Assembly: GCA_039586365.1 (NCBI GenBank)
Contig: JBDHKN010000037.1
Location: forward strand, 1-64,000
Direction of reading: 5' to 3'
Length of the DNA: 64,000 nt
Origin: Gemmatimonadota bacterium
Lineage (GTDB): Bacteria; Gemmatimonadota; Gemmatimonadetes; Gemmatimonadales; GWC2-71-9
Below the pieces are notes generated by a model. The model ran no database searches. It was not told the origin of the DNA and saw nothing but the letters and a program-made list of their open reading frames with translations. The position numbers were made by a program, and so were the translations under genes. This document shows, one piece after another, positions 50,573 to 61,751 of the stretch (positions are counted from its first letter, which is position 1; each line of letters opens with the position of its first letter).

Positions 50573-51745
50573 CTACGAGCCCTGCGCCTCCGCGAGGAAC
50601 ATCTTTGCGATCGTTTGCAGCTGCATGTTGCTCGTGCCCTCGTAGATGGCGCCGATCTTTGCGTCGCGATAGAACTTCTCGACCGGATACTCTTTGGTGA
50701 ATCCGTAGCCGCCGAACAAGTCGACGCAGAGGCTCGTCACGCGCTCCGCCATCTGGGCGGTGTAGAGCTTCGCCATGGCAGCTTCAATCACATATGGCTG
50801 TTTGGCGTCACGGAGCCGCGCAGCATTGTAGACCAAGAGGCGCCCAGCTTCGAGCTCCGTGGCGGCCTGCGCGAGCTGGAATTGCACGGCCTGGAAGGCG
50901 GCAATGGGCTTCCCAAACTGCTGGCGTTCCTGCACGTACGCACGGGTAGCATGGAGCGCACCGCGCGCCACGCCGACCATCTGCGCACCAATCCCGATGC
51001 GACCCACGTTCAGCGTCTCGATCGCGACCTTGTAGCCTTTGCCGACTTCCCCTAGCACGTTTTCGCCGGGCACGTGGCAATTCTCGAGTACCAACTCGGT
51101 GGTGCTCGAGGCACGAATCCCCAGCTTGTTCTCCTTCTTGCCGACGGTGAACCCCTCGAAGCCGCGCTCGACTACGAATGCAGTGATACCTTTGTGGCCC
51201 TTTGATGGATCCACGGTTGCGAAGATGACGAAGATCTCGGCCTCGCCCCCGTTGGTGACCCAAAGCTTTGGTCCGTTCAGAATCCAATCGTTGCCAGATT
51301 GCTCGGCACGACACGTGAGCGCGAATGCGTCGGATCCCGAGCCTGCCTCGGAAAGAGCGTATGCTCCAACCGCGCCCGCACAAAGCCTCGGCAGGTACTT
51401 CTGCTTGAGCTCCTCACATGCCCAATCCAGAAACGGGGTGTTGACGAGGGTGTTGTGGACATCGACCAAGACCGACGCGGAAGCGTCGACGGCAGCGAGC
51501 TCCTCTACTGCGAGCATCGTCATGAAAGACGTCCCGCCGGCGCCGCCGTGCTCCACGTCGACGTCGATTCCCAAGAGACCTAACTCAGTGAATTTCGGTA
51601 TCAGGTCCGGGTCGTATTCGCCCTCCTGTTCCATCTTCTCCACACGCGGTCGCACTTCGGTTTCCGCGAAATCCCGCACGACATCCCGGAACATGGTCTC
51701 GTCTTCCGTCAGCGCGGTGAGTGGCATAGCTGGCATATCGGTCAT
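50573..51745 (-). CDS. Acyl-CoA dehydrogenase (short/branched-chain type)
   Basis: Motifs YALSEAGSGSDAFAL, KLGIRASST, GRIGIGAQM and RDAKIGAIYEGTSN. Confidence 0.96.
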   Translation of the reverse strand: MTDMPAMPLTALTEDETMFRDVVRDFAETEVRPRVEKMEQEGEYDPDLIPKFTELGLLGIDVDVEHGGAGGTSFMTMLAVEELAAVDASASVLVDVHNTLVNTPFLDWACEELKQKYLPRLCAGAVGAYALSEAGSGSDAFALTCRAEQSGNDWILNGPKLWVTNGGEAEIFVIFATVDPSKGHKGITAFVVERGFEGFTVGKKENKLGIRASSTTELVLENCHVPGENVLGEVGKGYKVAIETLNVGRIGIGAQMVGVARGALHATRAYVQERQQFGKPIAAFQAVQFQLAQAATELEAGRLLVYNAARLRDAKQPYVIEAAMAKLYTAQMAERVTSLCVDLFGGYGFTKEYPVEKFYRDAKIGAIYEGTSNMQLQTIAKMFLAEAQGS

Positions 51746-52103
51746 CTGATACCCATCCTCTTCAGTTGCAGTGCCTGGTGGCCCCTACGACTAGTCGAAC
51801 GGCCAGCAGCGGTTTGATCATCAACTGGTCAAATGATACCCAATTTCCCGCCAGTTGGCGGCCACAGATCTATCGTGAGCATCTCCTGGCTGTATTTCTG
51901 CAGCTCAAACTTGAAAAGCCTCCGGCTTGGCCTCAGCAGTTGGTTCTCCTCGTCGGGGAGGCCAGGGTGTGTCCACCATTCCGACTCGATCCTACGAGTC
52001 TGACGGTAGGTCCGATAGATGGCTCTAGGCAATGGGTTGCGGCCGGAGATGGCTAGGACGGTTCTGAGCGCGGGCCGAGCGGTGTTGCGGTAGGACTACT
52101 ACA

Positions 52104-52556
52104 CTAGCGGCTGGCTTGCCACGAGCCGCCGAACGCTTTCGTTTGTCCGGCAATGCTGCGGCTACACGTTGCAGCACCACTCATGCCGTTTGGCGGGCTG
52201 CCGGAAATCGTTCCCGAATATTGACAGAATGGTGCGGTGAATGTGACCTGATTTCCTTTGATCTCACCACCGGTCATTTGCAGCGAACCGGTATTAAAGA
52301 CGACTGTCCCATCAAACAACGCGCACGCACCAACCGCTGCTATCATGGTGCCCTTGAACTGCGCACCGGTTTGCTCAATCGTGATTGCGCCCGAGCTAAT
52401 GCAGGACGCGTAGCCCTGCGCGGTGATGCCATCCGAGAATCGCCAAAGCCCACCAATAGATGGGACAACTGGACCCTCGATATCAGGTCCCGTACTATCA
52501 CCGCATCCCGCAGCCACGGTGCACGTCAGAGCAATGGTGAGTGCGGAGCGGCGCAT
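52104..52556 (-). CDS. Lipoprotein, hypothetical
   Basis: MRRSALTIALTCTVAAGC lipobox; RBS aggaagg. Confidence 0.8.
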   Translation of the reverse strand: MRRSALTIALTCTVAAGCGDSTGPDIEGPVVPSIGGLWRFSDGITAQGYASCISSGAITIEQTGAQFKGTMIAAVGACALFDGTVVFNTGSLQMTGGEIKGNQVTFTAPFCQYSGTISGSPPNGMSGAATCSRSIAGQTKAFGGSWQASR

Positions 52557-52923
52557 GTTCCTTCCTGTCGGTTCCGGTGGACATCTCAGAGGTTCGCAAG
52601 GTGTGTGCCGGGATGGGAGGCGGTAGACTATGAGCCGCAACATTGCTGGTCGGGTTCGTCGGATGCAGGACGATGGAGCGACGCTGGGTAATCGGCTAGG
52701 GATCCAGAATGCCGCCTCTGGCGGGTGCCAGATTGGCGCTCAGCACACCGTCCGGCATGGAGCCGGGCGGTGTGCACGTTTCTCTGGCGGTCTCAACGTT
52801 ACGTGGATTCAGGCGTGGCAAGAGACTCGTTACCGATGAGCGCCTTCCACCCTCCGGAGCTTCATCTGGCACTAGCGAGCGAGAGTGAGTTGTACTCTCC
52901 TTCCTCGAGCGAGCTCGTGCTGC

Positions 52924-55900
52924 TCAAGGCTGAATCGTGAGTAGTCCCCCGAGTTTGTTATCACTCAGCAGACGATTGAAGGTAGACAGGTCGTCGCTCA
53001 CTAACGTTCTGAACCTACCTTGATAGGTCCGTAGTCTGCCCTTGAGAAGCTCATGCACTTCGATGGCCTGCGAAGTTGGCGCCCAGTCGGAACCGACGCC
53101 ACCCCAGGAAGTTTCGACATCCGCGTACAGGAATCCGAAACGCGCATATAGCATCGCGGGATTCCTGAACACGTCTTGGCCTCCGCCCGTCAGTCTCATC
53201 TGGAATAGGTTCTGCTCGAAGTCGATGAGCGTCGAGTCGAGCGTATTTGCCGCTTCGATGATCGGCTGGTACTGCTGCTGTCCCGCGAGACGGTCCTTGA
53301 GATCGTAGATCTGCTTCCGGATCCATTCGACCTCGTTGATCATCTCCACGACCTCGGTCAGGTTGTCCCGTATCTCAAGGGACATGCCTACCTGTCGCCT
53401 GATGTCCTGCAACGTGCCCGTGGAGCTGGGGTCCTTTCTCACGACGAGCGGCTGAGTGAACTCCTGGCCATCCACTTCCAGCCTAACCGTGTAGGTGCCG
53501 GGAGCCGCCAGTGGTCGAATCCCGCTGCCACGAACTCCCCAGGTGACGATGGGACGCCATCCTTCATCTCCGAGTTCGACCCAGTCCGCGTGCATTGCCG
53601 GAGTGCGGAGCTTCGCCTGCTTGGATACTTGGTGCCTCAGGTCCCACCACACCCGATTGATCCCGGCCTGCTTCGTCGCCGTCACTGTGTCCACCACGTC
53701 CCCCTGCTCGTCGAGAATGGTGATCTTGACAACGCTGTCGGGCTGCCCTTTCAGGTAGTAATGGATGGAAGCACCGTAGGGTGGATTATCTCCCTGGGCC
53801 GGATCGTCGTGAACCTCCATGGGAGCGGCTTTCCTCAGAAAGCGGTAGGCCGCACGCGGCGCGAATAGGTGAACGTCGGAATCGACAATCTGCTGGGTGA
53901 GTTGCTGTATTGGAGTGATGTCATCCAAGATCCAGAAACCCCGTCCATACGTTCCCACCACCAGGTCGTTGAAGTGCTCCTGCACGACCAGCCAATGAAC
54001 CGGTGCGTGAGGGAGATTCGTCTGCAGTGGCTGCCAGTTCTGCCCGTCATCGAACGAGGCGTAGAGCCCGTTCTCCGTTCCCGCATACAGCAGGCCTTGG
54101 CGCGTCGGATCCTCCCGCACGACGTGCACGTAGCTGAACACGCTTTCGGGAATGCCGTTGGTGATCCGCCGCCAGCTCTCACCGTAGTCGGTGGTCTTGT
54201 AGATGAACGGTTGGCGGTTGTTGACCTGATGCAGATCCACAGTGATGTAGGCACCGCCCTCAGCGTAGCGGGAAGGTTCGATATTGCTCACGGTGCCGAG
54301 TGGCGGCAGGTCCGGAATGTTCTGGGTCACGTTGGTCCAATTGGTACCGCCGTCTCTCGTAAGCTGTACTTGTCCATCGTTTGTGCCAGCCCAGATTACA
54401 CCCTCTTCGAGCGGCGACTCGGCAATCGCAAAGACGAGGGCCGCGTATTCAACGCCTAGATTGTCTCGCACCAGTCCTCCAGAGTTGCCAAGCAGTTCCG
54501 GATTGCCGGTGGAAAGGTCGGGGGAGATGACCTGCCAACTGGCTCCCCCATCGGTTGTCTGGTGAACGTATTGGCTTCCTGTGTAAACCTTGTTGTGGTC
54601 GTGCGGTGAGATGGCGATGGGGAAGGTCCATTGAATCCGGTACTTCACCTCTCCCGCGGGCCAGCCCATGTAACTCTCCGGCCACACGTCCACGGAACGC
54701 GCGTGCCCCGTGTTCCGTTCGAACCGGGTGAACCCGGCGGCGAAGCAGCCCGACCAGACGATGTTGTTGTCGACAGGATCGGGAATGGCAAAGCCACACT
54801 CACAGGCTCCCACGTGGCGCCACTCGCTACTGCCTATTCCTCCAGCTTCGAAGGAAGCGTACAGGCTGTTGCTGGGGCCGTGGGTCGAGGGACCGTCCTG
54901 ACGATTGCCGTAGACGTTGTAGGGGATCTCATTGTCGACCGCCACGTGATACATCTGCGCGATTGGTAGGCGGATGCCACGCCAGGTCTTGCCGCGGTTC
55001 ACGGAGATGGCCACATACTGATCGTTGCCCACCACCATTCGGTTCGCGTCGGTGGGATCAATCCACATATCGTGGTGGTCTCCGCCGGCGATGCCGAAGC
55101 GTTCTACGGTTTCTCCTCCGTCCAACGTGATCGACGCGCTCGGGGCGAGGAAGTAAACCTCGTTGTGGTTGTCAGGTGCCACCGCGCACCGGGTGTAGTA
55201 GTGCGGACGCTGCGTCAGCTCGTGATTGTGGCTTGCGAGCTTCCAGTGATCGCCACCGTCGTCCGAACTCCACAACACGCCGCTCTCCGTCTCCCTACCT
55301 TCACGCGGCTCTCCATCCGACGTCTCGATTAGTGCGTAGACGCGATTCGAGTTGCTGGGTGCGATTGCGAGGCCGACCTTGCCCGTGGTGGTAGTAGGTA
55401 GGCCGTTACCTTCGAGCCGCGTCCACGTGGTACCGCCATCGGTGGAACGGAATATCCCGCCGTTGGTGCTACCGCTTTTGCGGCCCCAGGTCCTGATCTC
55501 CAGCCGCCACATCCCTGCAAACAGGATACGCGGGTTGTTCGGGTCCATCGCGATATCCGATGCCCCCGTTTCCTCATCCACGAAGAGGACCCTCTCCCAC
55601 GTCTCGCCCCCGTCGGTTGTGCGGAAGACGCCTCGCTCCGCCTGCGGCCCGTAGGAATGCCCCATCGCCGCGGCGAAGACCACGTCGGGATTCCGGGGAT
55701 CGATCAGGACGCGGCCAATACGCCCCGTCTGGTCGAGTCCCATATGTTCCCAGGTCTTACCCGCATCGGTCGATTTGTAGATCCCGTTGCCGATGGAGAT
55801 GTTGCTCCGAATGAACGTCTCACCGGTTCCCGCCCAGACGACATTGGGATCCGCGGCGGCTACGGCCAACGCGCTGACCGAGGACACCTCCTGGTCATCG

Positions 55901-56163
55901 AAGATGGGTTCCCAGTGCGTGCCGCCGTCGCTGGTCTTCCATATCCCTCCGGAAGCCGCGCCAGCGTAAATGATGTTTGGGTCACCAGGTACTCCCACGA
56001 CTGCGGCCAACCGATTGCCGGGAGGGCCGATGTGGCGGTACTTGAGCGGCGCGTAGAGCTCCGGCTCAATGCTCTGAGCAACGGCTCCGGCGGAGCAACC
56101 GATGAGAAGAATCGTCGGGACAAACAGTCTGGGACATATCGGACCCAGTCGAACTCTTGGCAT
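52924..56163 (-). CDS. Secreted BNR/Asp-box repeat (VPS10/sortilin-like) glycosyl hydrolase-like protein
   Basis: Signal peptide; repeated S/T-x-D-x-G-x-T-W boxes; YRHIGP; DHH. Confidence 0.93.
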   Translation of the reverse strand: MPRVRLGPICPRLFVPTILLIGCSAGAVAQSIEPELYAPLKYRHIGPPGNRLAAVVGVPGDPNIIYAGAASGGIWKTSDGGTHWEPIFDDQEVSSVSALAVAAADPNVVWAGTGETFIRSNISIGNGIYKSTDAGKTWEHMGLDQTGRIGRVLIDPRNPDVVFAAAMGHSYGPQAERGVFRTTDGGETWERVLFVDEETGASDIAMDPNNPRILFAGMWRLEIRTWGRKSGSTNGGIFRSTDGGTTWTRLEGNGLPTTTTGKVGLAIAPSNSNRVYALIETSDGEPREGRETESGVLWSSDDGGDHWKLASHNHELTQRPHYYTRCAVAPDNHNEVYFLAPSASITLDGGETVERFGIAGGDHHDMWIDPTDANRMVVGNDQYVAISVNRGKTWRGIRLPIAQMYHVAVDNEIPYNVYGNRQDGPSTHGPSNSLYASFEAGGIGSSEWRHVGACECGFAIPDPVDNNIVWSGCFAAGFTRFERNTGHARSVDVWPESYMGWPAGEVKYRIQWTFPIAISPHDHNKVYTGSQYVHQTTDGGASWQVISPDLSTGNPELLGNSGGLVRDNLGVEYAALVFAIAESPLEEGVIWAGTNDGQVQLTRDGGTNWTNVTQNIPDLPPLGTVSNIEPSRYAEGGAYITVDLHQVNNRQPFIYKTTDYGESWRRITNGIPESVFSYVHVVREDPTRQGLLYAGTENGLYASFDDGQNWQPLQTNLPHAPVHWLVVQEHFNDLVVGTYGRGFWILDDITPIQQLTQQIVDSDVHLFAPRAAYRFLRKAAPMEVHDDPAQGDNPPYGASIHYYLKGQPDSVVKITILDEQGDVVDTVTATKQAGINRVWWDLRHQVSKQAKLRTPAMHADWVELGDEGWRPIVTWGVRGSGIRPLAAPGTYTVRLEVDGQEFTQPLVVRKDPSSTGTLQDIRRQVGMSLEIRDNLTEVVEMINEVEWIRKQIYDLKDRLAGQQQYQPIIEAANTLDSTLIDFEQNLFQMRLTGGGQDVFRNPAMLYARFGFLYADVETSWGGVGSDWAPTSQAIEVHELLKGRLRTYQGRFRTLVSDDLSTFNRLLSDNKLGGLLTIQP

Positions 56164-56498
56164 CTAGGACCTCCTTGTAGCCTTCGTGAATCCGGTGCAA
56201 TGGCATACCAGATATTCCCGGCACTCTGCGGGAAAGCACAGCGTGCGGCGCGGGGCCTGGGGATGGGGATGGGGTGAAACTACGGTCGGGGGCAGGGCAT
56301 GGTAAGACGGAGGTAGAGCCCAAGCGCGGCCCGGCCTAGACAAGACACAATCAGTGCAAGGAATCAACGGGCCGCGTGCGACGGCCCGTTGCCCGCCCCG
56401 AACGCCAGCAGACCTTGATCGAGCTAAAGGACTGGCGAGCGTCGGCTGGTACTGGTTAATGTTGACCCACACAACGGCATCTTTCTCTAGGGAGGCAC

Positions 56499-57140
56499 AT
56501 GCTGGACAGAAGGCGTTTCAGCGTTCTGGCGATGGTACTCGCCGTCGGACTCGTTCTGTTCGTGGCAGGTTGTGGGAACAGCGACAGCGTGCTCGGCATC
56601 GACGGAGGCCGGGTACGATTCGTCCTCTCATCGGACGCCGGGGCTGTGGTGGCAAACGGGTCGGCTCAGCTCGGGCAGGCGCCCGGCGCGCTACAGGACG
56701 GTTCCGTCGCGACCGACGGGGACCACGGCGATGGTCATCGCCGACTGTTCCAGTCCGCCAACGTGACGTTCTCGAGCATCCTGGCACGCAATCTGGACGG
56801 TGTGCTGGTCAACGTCGCGATGGACCTGCCGGCCACGGTGGACGTTCTTTCGTTGGACGGTGGTAAGGAGGTCACGTTGCCGGTGGGAGAACTGCCGGCT
56901 GCGACCTACGACCAGGTAGTCGTCGTCATGACAGAGGTCGAGGGGGTGACCCTCGACGGCACCACCATCACCATTACCCCTCCGGGCGGCGGTTGGACGG
57001 CCATGGTCCCCGTTTGCCCGTTCCTCGTGCACGAGGGCGGGACGACCACAGTCCCCATCAAGTTCATGCTCGATCAGGCGTTTTCGTGGCGCGACAACCG
57101 CCACCACTTCCACCCGCGCTTCGTCTGCGAGGAGAGCTGA
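56499..57140 (+). CDS. Lipoprotein, DUF4382-like
   Basis: Lipobox VAGC; VDVLSL...GELPAATYDQV; RBS gggagg. Confidence 0.75.
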   Translation: MLDRRRFSVLAMVLAVGLVLFVAGCGNSDSVLGIDGGRVRFVLSSDAGAVVANGSAQLGQAPGALQDGSVATDGDHGDGHRRLFQSANVTFSSILARNLDGVLVNVAMDLPATVDVLSLDGGKEVTLPVGELPAATYDQVVVVMTEVEGVTLDGTTITITPPGGGWTAMVPVCPFLVHEGGTTTVPIKFMLDQAFSWRDNRHHFHPRFVCEES

Positions 57141-57418
57141 CGCTCGGAGCATCCGGGGGTGCGCTCGACACGCAGCGTCGGATGAGTCGCTACGGAAACG
57201 TGAAGGTCGTGATCTCCGTGACGCATCGGCGAGTGGCCGTACAGCGATTACGCATGGGAGTCCTGGGGGGTCGGCTGGGCCTGCTTGCACAGCAGGTCCC
57301 GTCCTACCTCCCTGTCCCTTAGGTACCCTGGCGTATCCCCTCATTGACAATCCGGCTCAAACTAGGAGCAGTGTATGGGATAGCCGGGAGGCTACTGCCT
57401 GGGCGGTAGGCGGTACAC

Positions 57419-57842
57419 GTGACTGACACCTTCGCAAGTCTCGTGCATGCTTTGGCGGATCGCTACTCCGACGAGCGCGAACTCGGCGCCGGTGGCAGGG
57501 CAACTGTCTATCTCGCCGAGGACCTGAGACACCATCGCAAGGTGGCCGTCAAGGTGCTGCGCCCCGAACTCGCAGCGGCCATCGGCGCAGAACAATTTCT
57601 GCGTGAAATCGGGGTCACCGCCGGACTGACACATCCGCACATCCAAACGCTTCACGACTCCGGCTCTAGCGCCGGTCCGCCGGTCCGCCGAGTTTCTGTA
57701 CTACGTCATGCCGTTCGTAGAGGGAGAATCGCTAGGGGACCGACTGAATCGCGATACACAGCTCCCCATCGACGACGCGCTACGCATCACAGAACAGGTT
57801 GCGTCCGCACTCGACAGGCTATCCTTTGATCTGCAGGTTTGA
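57419..57842 (+). pseudogene. Frameshifted, truncated Ser/Thr protein kinase
   Basis: LGAGG.ATVY, VAVKVL and HPHI..LHDSG are in one frame; EFLYYVMPFVEGESL..ALD is in the next frame from 57690. A stop comes before HRD/DFG. Confidence 0.92.
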
Positions 57843-57873
57843 CCACAACGACTGAAAAAGGCAAAACGGACTG

Positions 57874-59898
57874 TTGATTTTCTCTACGTTAGGAACTCTA
57901 ACGCTCGTCTCCATCGCGGGCTTCCCCGCACCACAAGTACAAGATTCAGTTTTCCAACTCCGCGGAGTGATAGCTCCCGCACCCCCCACCATTGATGGAC
58001 TCGTCGATGAGAGTGAGTGGGCTGGGGCCGCGGTTGCGAGCAACTTCATGCAGTTCGAGCCGCGTCGAGGGGAGCCATCGGAACTCAGGACCGAGGTCTT
58101 GGTGATGTACGATTCCGCTCACCTGTATGTTGCCTATCGCTTGTGGGACTCTGAGCCGCCGGCGGCACAGCTCACGCGGCGGGATGCAGATATGCTGAAC
58201 GACGACGTGGTGGCGTTGTTCATCGATAGTCACCACGACAGACAGTCAGCGTACTACTTTGTAACGAACGCGCTCGGCACCCAAGCTGACGGACGCATCG
58301 CCAATGACGGGAGAACGGAGGACGGTACGTGGGATGCACCGTGGGTGTCGGGGGCGTCACGTACAGACTTCGGGTGGTCTGCGGAGATGTCGATTCCATT
58401 CACGTCGATTCAGTACGCCGCTGGTGACAACCGAACGTGGGGTATCAATTTCCTTCGTACACGCAGGCGAACGCTGGAAGTGAGCAACTGGGCAGGGCCA
58501 CTCGACAACATCTCCCGTGTTTCTCAGGGCGGCGTACTCGTTGGACTCGATGTGCCTCCACCGGCGCGAAGGCACCAGATTATCACTTACGGGTTGACCC
58601 GCATTCAGGAAGACACGTCCGATACTTGGGATGCCGGACTGGATGCTCGGTATGCCATCACGCCTGAGGTGTCGGCGTTTGCGACGGTGAACCCCGATTT
58701 CGCCACCATCGAAGCCGATCAGGAGCAGATCAACCTGACAAGGTTCGAGCTGAGCCTGCCTGAGAAGAGGCCGTTCTTTCTCGAGGGTGCTGAGTTGTAC
58801 CGGCAACGCATCCGTACTTTCTATTCCCGCCGCATTCCCGATATCAAGGGTGGCGCTCAGGTGCTTGGAACGCGGGGTCCATGGACGTTTTCCGGGCTGG
58901 GTGCTATCTCAGAACCGGCGGGTGATACCGAAACCGCGGCCTACAGTGTTGGGCGAGTCCAGAGAGCCCTGGGTTCATCCAACGTTGCCCTAATGGTTGC
59001 GAATAGAACGCTCGGTGGAGAGAACCGCGGTTCCCTTGGCATGGATGCCACCCTCTTCTTTACCAGCACATTCGGCATGACCGCGCAATTGGCACAGAGT
59101 TGGGGGCCGGAAAGCGCGGGAACATGGGCCTATTTCATTCGCCCGTCATTCGACTCTCCGACCAGCCACTTCCATGTGCGCTATACGTACCTGGGCGATC
59201 GCTTTGCGGACAATGCGAACGCGATGGGTTTTATCCGCGATGACGACAGGCGGGAGTTGGATGCAGCCCTGAGTCACACGTTCTGGATCCGCCGAGGTTT
59301 GTTTGAACAGCTTAGGTACAGTTCCAACTACAACATCTACTGGAGCCAGGCCGGAGTGCGTCGCAGCTGGCAGATCGACGAATCCGTCGACTTCGAGTTG
59401 CGGAATCGTGTGAGTTTCCGAACAGCTCACACCGAGGAATTCAAACGCTTCGAGGACGATTTCCGGAATAGAAAGACCCAGTTCCGCCTCGGTTACAACA
59501 CCAGGGAGTTCCAGTCCGCAGTAGTGGGTTTCCAGTTTGGCAGGAACTTCGATGCGGATTTTCAGCTCTGGACGGCTGCAGGAGGCTACAAGATGACGGA
59601 CGAGCTTTCAGTTGAGTACGAACTGCAGCGCCTCACGCTCGATCCCGATCCTGATTTGGAGAGCACCTGGATTCACGTGGTTCGGGTAAACCACTTCTTC
59701 ACCAAGGACCTGTTTCTACGCGCTTTCTTCCAGACCAACTCGGCCATCGACCGCCGGAATATCCAGGCTGTCTTCGTGTACCGGTACAAGCCGCCCTTCG
59801 GCACAATCCAGCTTGCCTACCAGCGCGGAACCGCCGAGTTCGGGCAGGAGTCGGGACAGGGGAACACATTATTCTTGAAGGTGACTTGGGTCTTCTAG
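57874..59898 (+). CDS. CBM9-like + DUF5916 outer-membrane protein
   Basis: PTIDGLVDESEW, GWSAEMSIPF, NPDF..EAD and PEKRPFFLEG; C-terminal FLKVTWVF. Confidence 0.9.
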   Translation: MIFSTLGTLTLVSIAGFPAPQVQDSVFQLRGVIAPAPPTIDGLVDESEWAGAAVASNFMQFEPRRGEPSELRTEVLVMYDSAHLYVAYRLWDSEPPAAQLTRRDADMLNDDVVALFIDSHHDRQSAYYFVTNALGTQADGRIANDGRTEDGTWDAPWVSGASRTDFGWSAEMSIPFTSIQYAAGDNRTWGINFLRTRRRTLEVSNWAGPLDNISRVSQGGVLVGLDVPPPARRHQIITYGLTRIQEDTSDTWDAGLDARYAITPEVSAFATVNPDFATIEADQEQINLTRFELSLPEKRPFFLEGAELYRQRIRTFYSRRIPDIKGGAQVLGTRGPWTFSGLGAISEPAGDTETAAYSVGRVQRALGSSNVALMVANRTLGGENRGSLGMDATLFFTSTFGMTAQLAQSWGPESAGTWAYFIRPSFDSPTSHFHVRYTYLGDRFADNANAMGFIRDDDRRELDAALSHTFWIRRGLFEQLRYSSNYNIYWSQAGVRRSWQIDESVDFELRNRVSFRTAHTEEFKRFEDDFRNRKTQFRLGYNTREFQSAVVGFQFGRNFDADFQLWTAAGGYKMTDELSVEYELQRLTLDPDPDLESTWIHVVRVNHFFTKDLFLRAFFQTNSAIDRRNIQAVFVYRYKPPFGTIQLAYQRGTAEFGQESGQGNTLFLKVTWVF

Positions 59899-59907
59899 TC
59901 ACCTTCA
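59876..59907. terminator. Hairpin spanning the stop codon
   Basis: tgaaggtgact ... agtcaccttca, an 11-bp stem with no U-tract. Confidence 0.4.
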
Positions 59908-60244
59908 GAGGAACGCTGACAGGTGCGGACGACTGTGCGGCTTGGTCTGGGTAGCGAGTTTCAATCTCCTGTTCCCGCTGACCACCACGCAACATAAGTA
60001 CATCGCAGCGTCTGTGCGTCACGCACGTTTCAGGTGCTGAGCTTACGTTGGTGGTGTGCCGGTGGCACGCTGCACTGTGTCCCGGACCATCCCAGCCGTG
60101 GCTATCCTGGCATGGCTCTCAGAGGATTTGGATTCACACATAATGCCTTACCTTTGATAGCGCGGAGGACCAGACGAGTTCTTGGCGGAGCACGGGGGTA
60201 CCAGGAGAGCTCGCCCTCGTCCTCGCGGCAGGGCGGGACTTCCT

Positions 60245-61699
60245 TCAGCGCTCCGGACGTCCCTGTTGTCCGACCCGCAGCAAGTGTTCGACGGCACGCT
60301 CGAGCGGCAGGTCACGCCCGTCGGCAATCGACCCCGGACTGTCGAGGACCTCCACATCAGGGGCCAGCCCGACGCCAACGATATCTTCTCCCTCCGGGGT
60401 CATGTCACGCTTGGTAGTGATGCCGGCGTAGATGCCGTGCGGGAGCCGTAAGATCAGCGGCTGGCCCGTGCTGCCGGCGGTCGTGGTCCCCATGGTGGTG
60501 ACCTGGGGCATCTGCTGCATGACCAAGACGAAGTTCTCCGCCGCTGAATACGTATAGGCGCTCTGGAGCAATACGGTTGGAACGCTTAGCGCCGGTCCCG
60601 GCGCCGGATCCACCATTATCACCTGTGGTTCGATGGTGGCCCTTCCAACTCCGTAAGCTCGATACTCGCCGGATTCGTCCTGCCTGGACCCCCAGGCCTT
60701 GTATGCGGCGACGTGTTTTGGCGACGTCCATGTCATCACCGGCACGCGGCGCTCTGTGAAGTAGCTTCCGATCCGGTCTCCATAAGCCGAGTTGCCGCCC
60801 CCGTTGAGGCGCACGTCAACGATGATGCCCCGGGCTCGAGCACGCAGTTGGGGCACGATCTCCTCGAACTGCTCGACTACGGCTTCGTCCCAGAAGACGT
60901 GGATACCCACGTAGGCGATATCGTTGTCCAACCAACGCCATTCGAAGTGGGGTTTGTTGACTCGGCCCTGTCGGAGCCAGTCGGCGCCAACGAATTCCGC
61001 TAGCGGTTGGCGAACGAATGCTTCGGTGTGGCCGGAGCCGTCGGGAGCGACGAAGCTGAGTGTCACCTCCGTTCCAGGTCGGCCCATGAGGGCACCGGCG
61101 ATCTGCTCGTCCTCACCCATCAAGGACATGGCGAACTGGTACTGCGGGGTCGACGCCCCGACCCAGGGATCGACCTCCTCTGCGAGATACTGCCGCAACG
61201 GCTTTCCTTCGATCTCGTTCACCACCGATCCGATGGGAATTCGGTCGGCGAGACCCGAGGCGACATTGGTCACCACCGCCTCGTTTCCTACCGGCGACAA
61301 CTCGATGAACGGCTGCGCGCCGTACGCTGGCCATAGACGGCTGGGCAACGTCAGGTTGGCGTGCCCTTCGCCGAGCAGGTCGCCGAACTCAATGGCCAAA
61401 CGGAAGAACTGAATGTCGGATTCGACATCCAGGGCCCGCTCGGCGTACTGGGCGAAGGCGGCGTCCCAATCGAGCTCAGGAACACGATCCCAGAACGCGA
61501 AGTTGTACTTCGCTTCGCTCCAGAAGGTCGCTAGCGTCAGGATCCGATCGGCTGGAGGGATGGTCAGCTCGGTCCCGTCGGGAATGCCGTCCTGTCCCAG
61601 GAGGGTGGCGGGCAAAAAGGCGAAACCGAACAGCACTGCCAGCACAGGCCATCGGGGTGAAACTCGGATGAGCATCGGATCCTCCGGTTCGTAGTACAT
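60245..61699 (-). CDS. Secreted S41 family peptidase
   Basis: Signal peptide; motifs IVDVRLNGGG, TYSAAE, TAGSTG and GLAPD. Confidence 0.93.
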   Translation of the reverse strand: MYYEPEDPMLIRVSPRWPVLAVLFGFAFLPATLLGQDGIPDGTELTIPPADRILTLATFWSEAKYNFAFWDRVPELDWDAAFAQYAERALDVESDIQFFRLAIEFGDLLGEGHANLTLPSRLWPAYGAQPFIELSPVGNEAVVTNVASGLADRIPIGSVVNEIEGKPLRQYLAEEVDPWVGASTPQYQFAMSLMGEDEQIAGALMGRPGTEVTLSFVAPDGSGHTEAFVRQPLAEFVGADWLRQGRVNKPHFEWRWLDNDIAYVGIHVFWDEAVVEQFEEIVPQLRARARGIIVDVRLNGGGNSAYGDRIGSYFTERRVPVMTWTSPKHVAAYKAWGSRQDESGEYRAYGVGRATIEPQVIMVDPAPGPALSVPTVLLQSAYTYSAAENFVLVMQQMPQVTTMGTTTAGSTGQPLILRLPHGIYAGITTKRDMTPEGEDIVGVGLAPDVEVLDSPGSIADGRDLPLERAVEHLLRVGQQGRPER

Positions 61700-61751
61700 T
61701 CGGGCGGCGATGGACGTCGACGCCTGTCACGAAAAGGGTGACTGACCCTGT

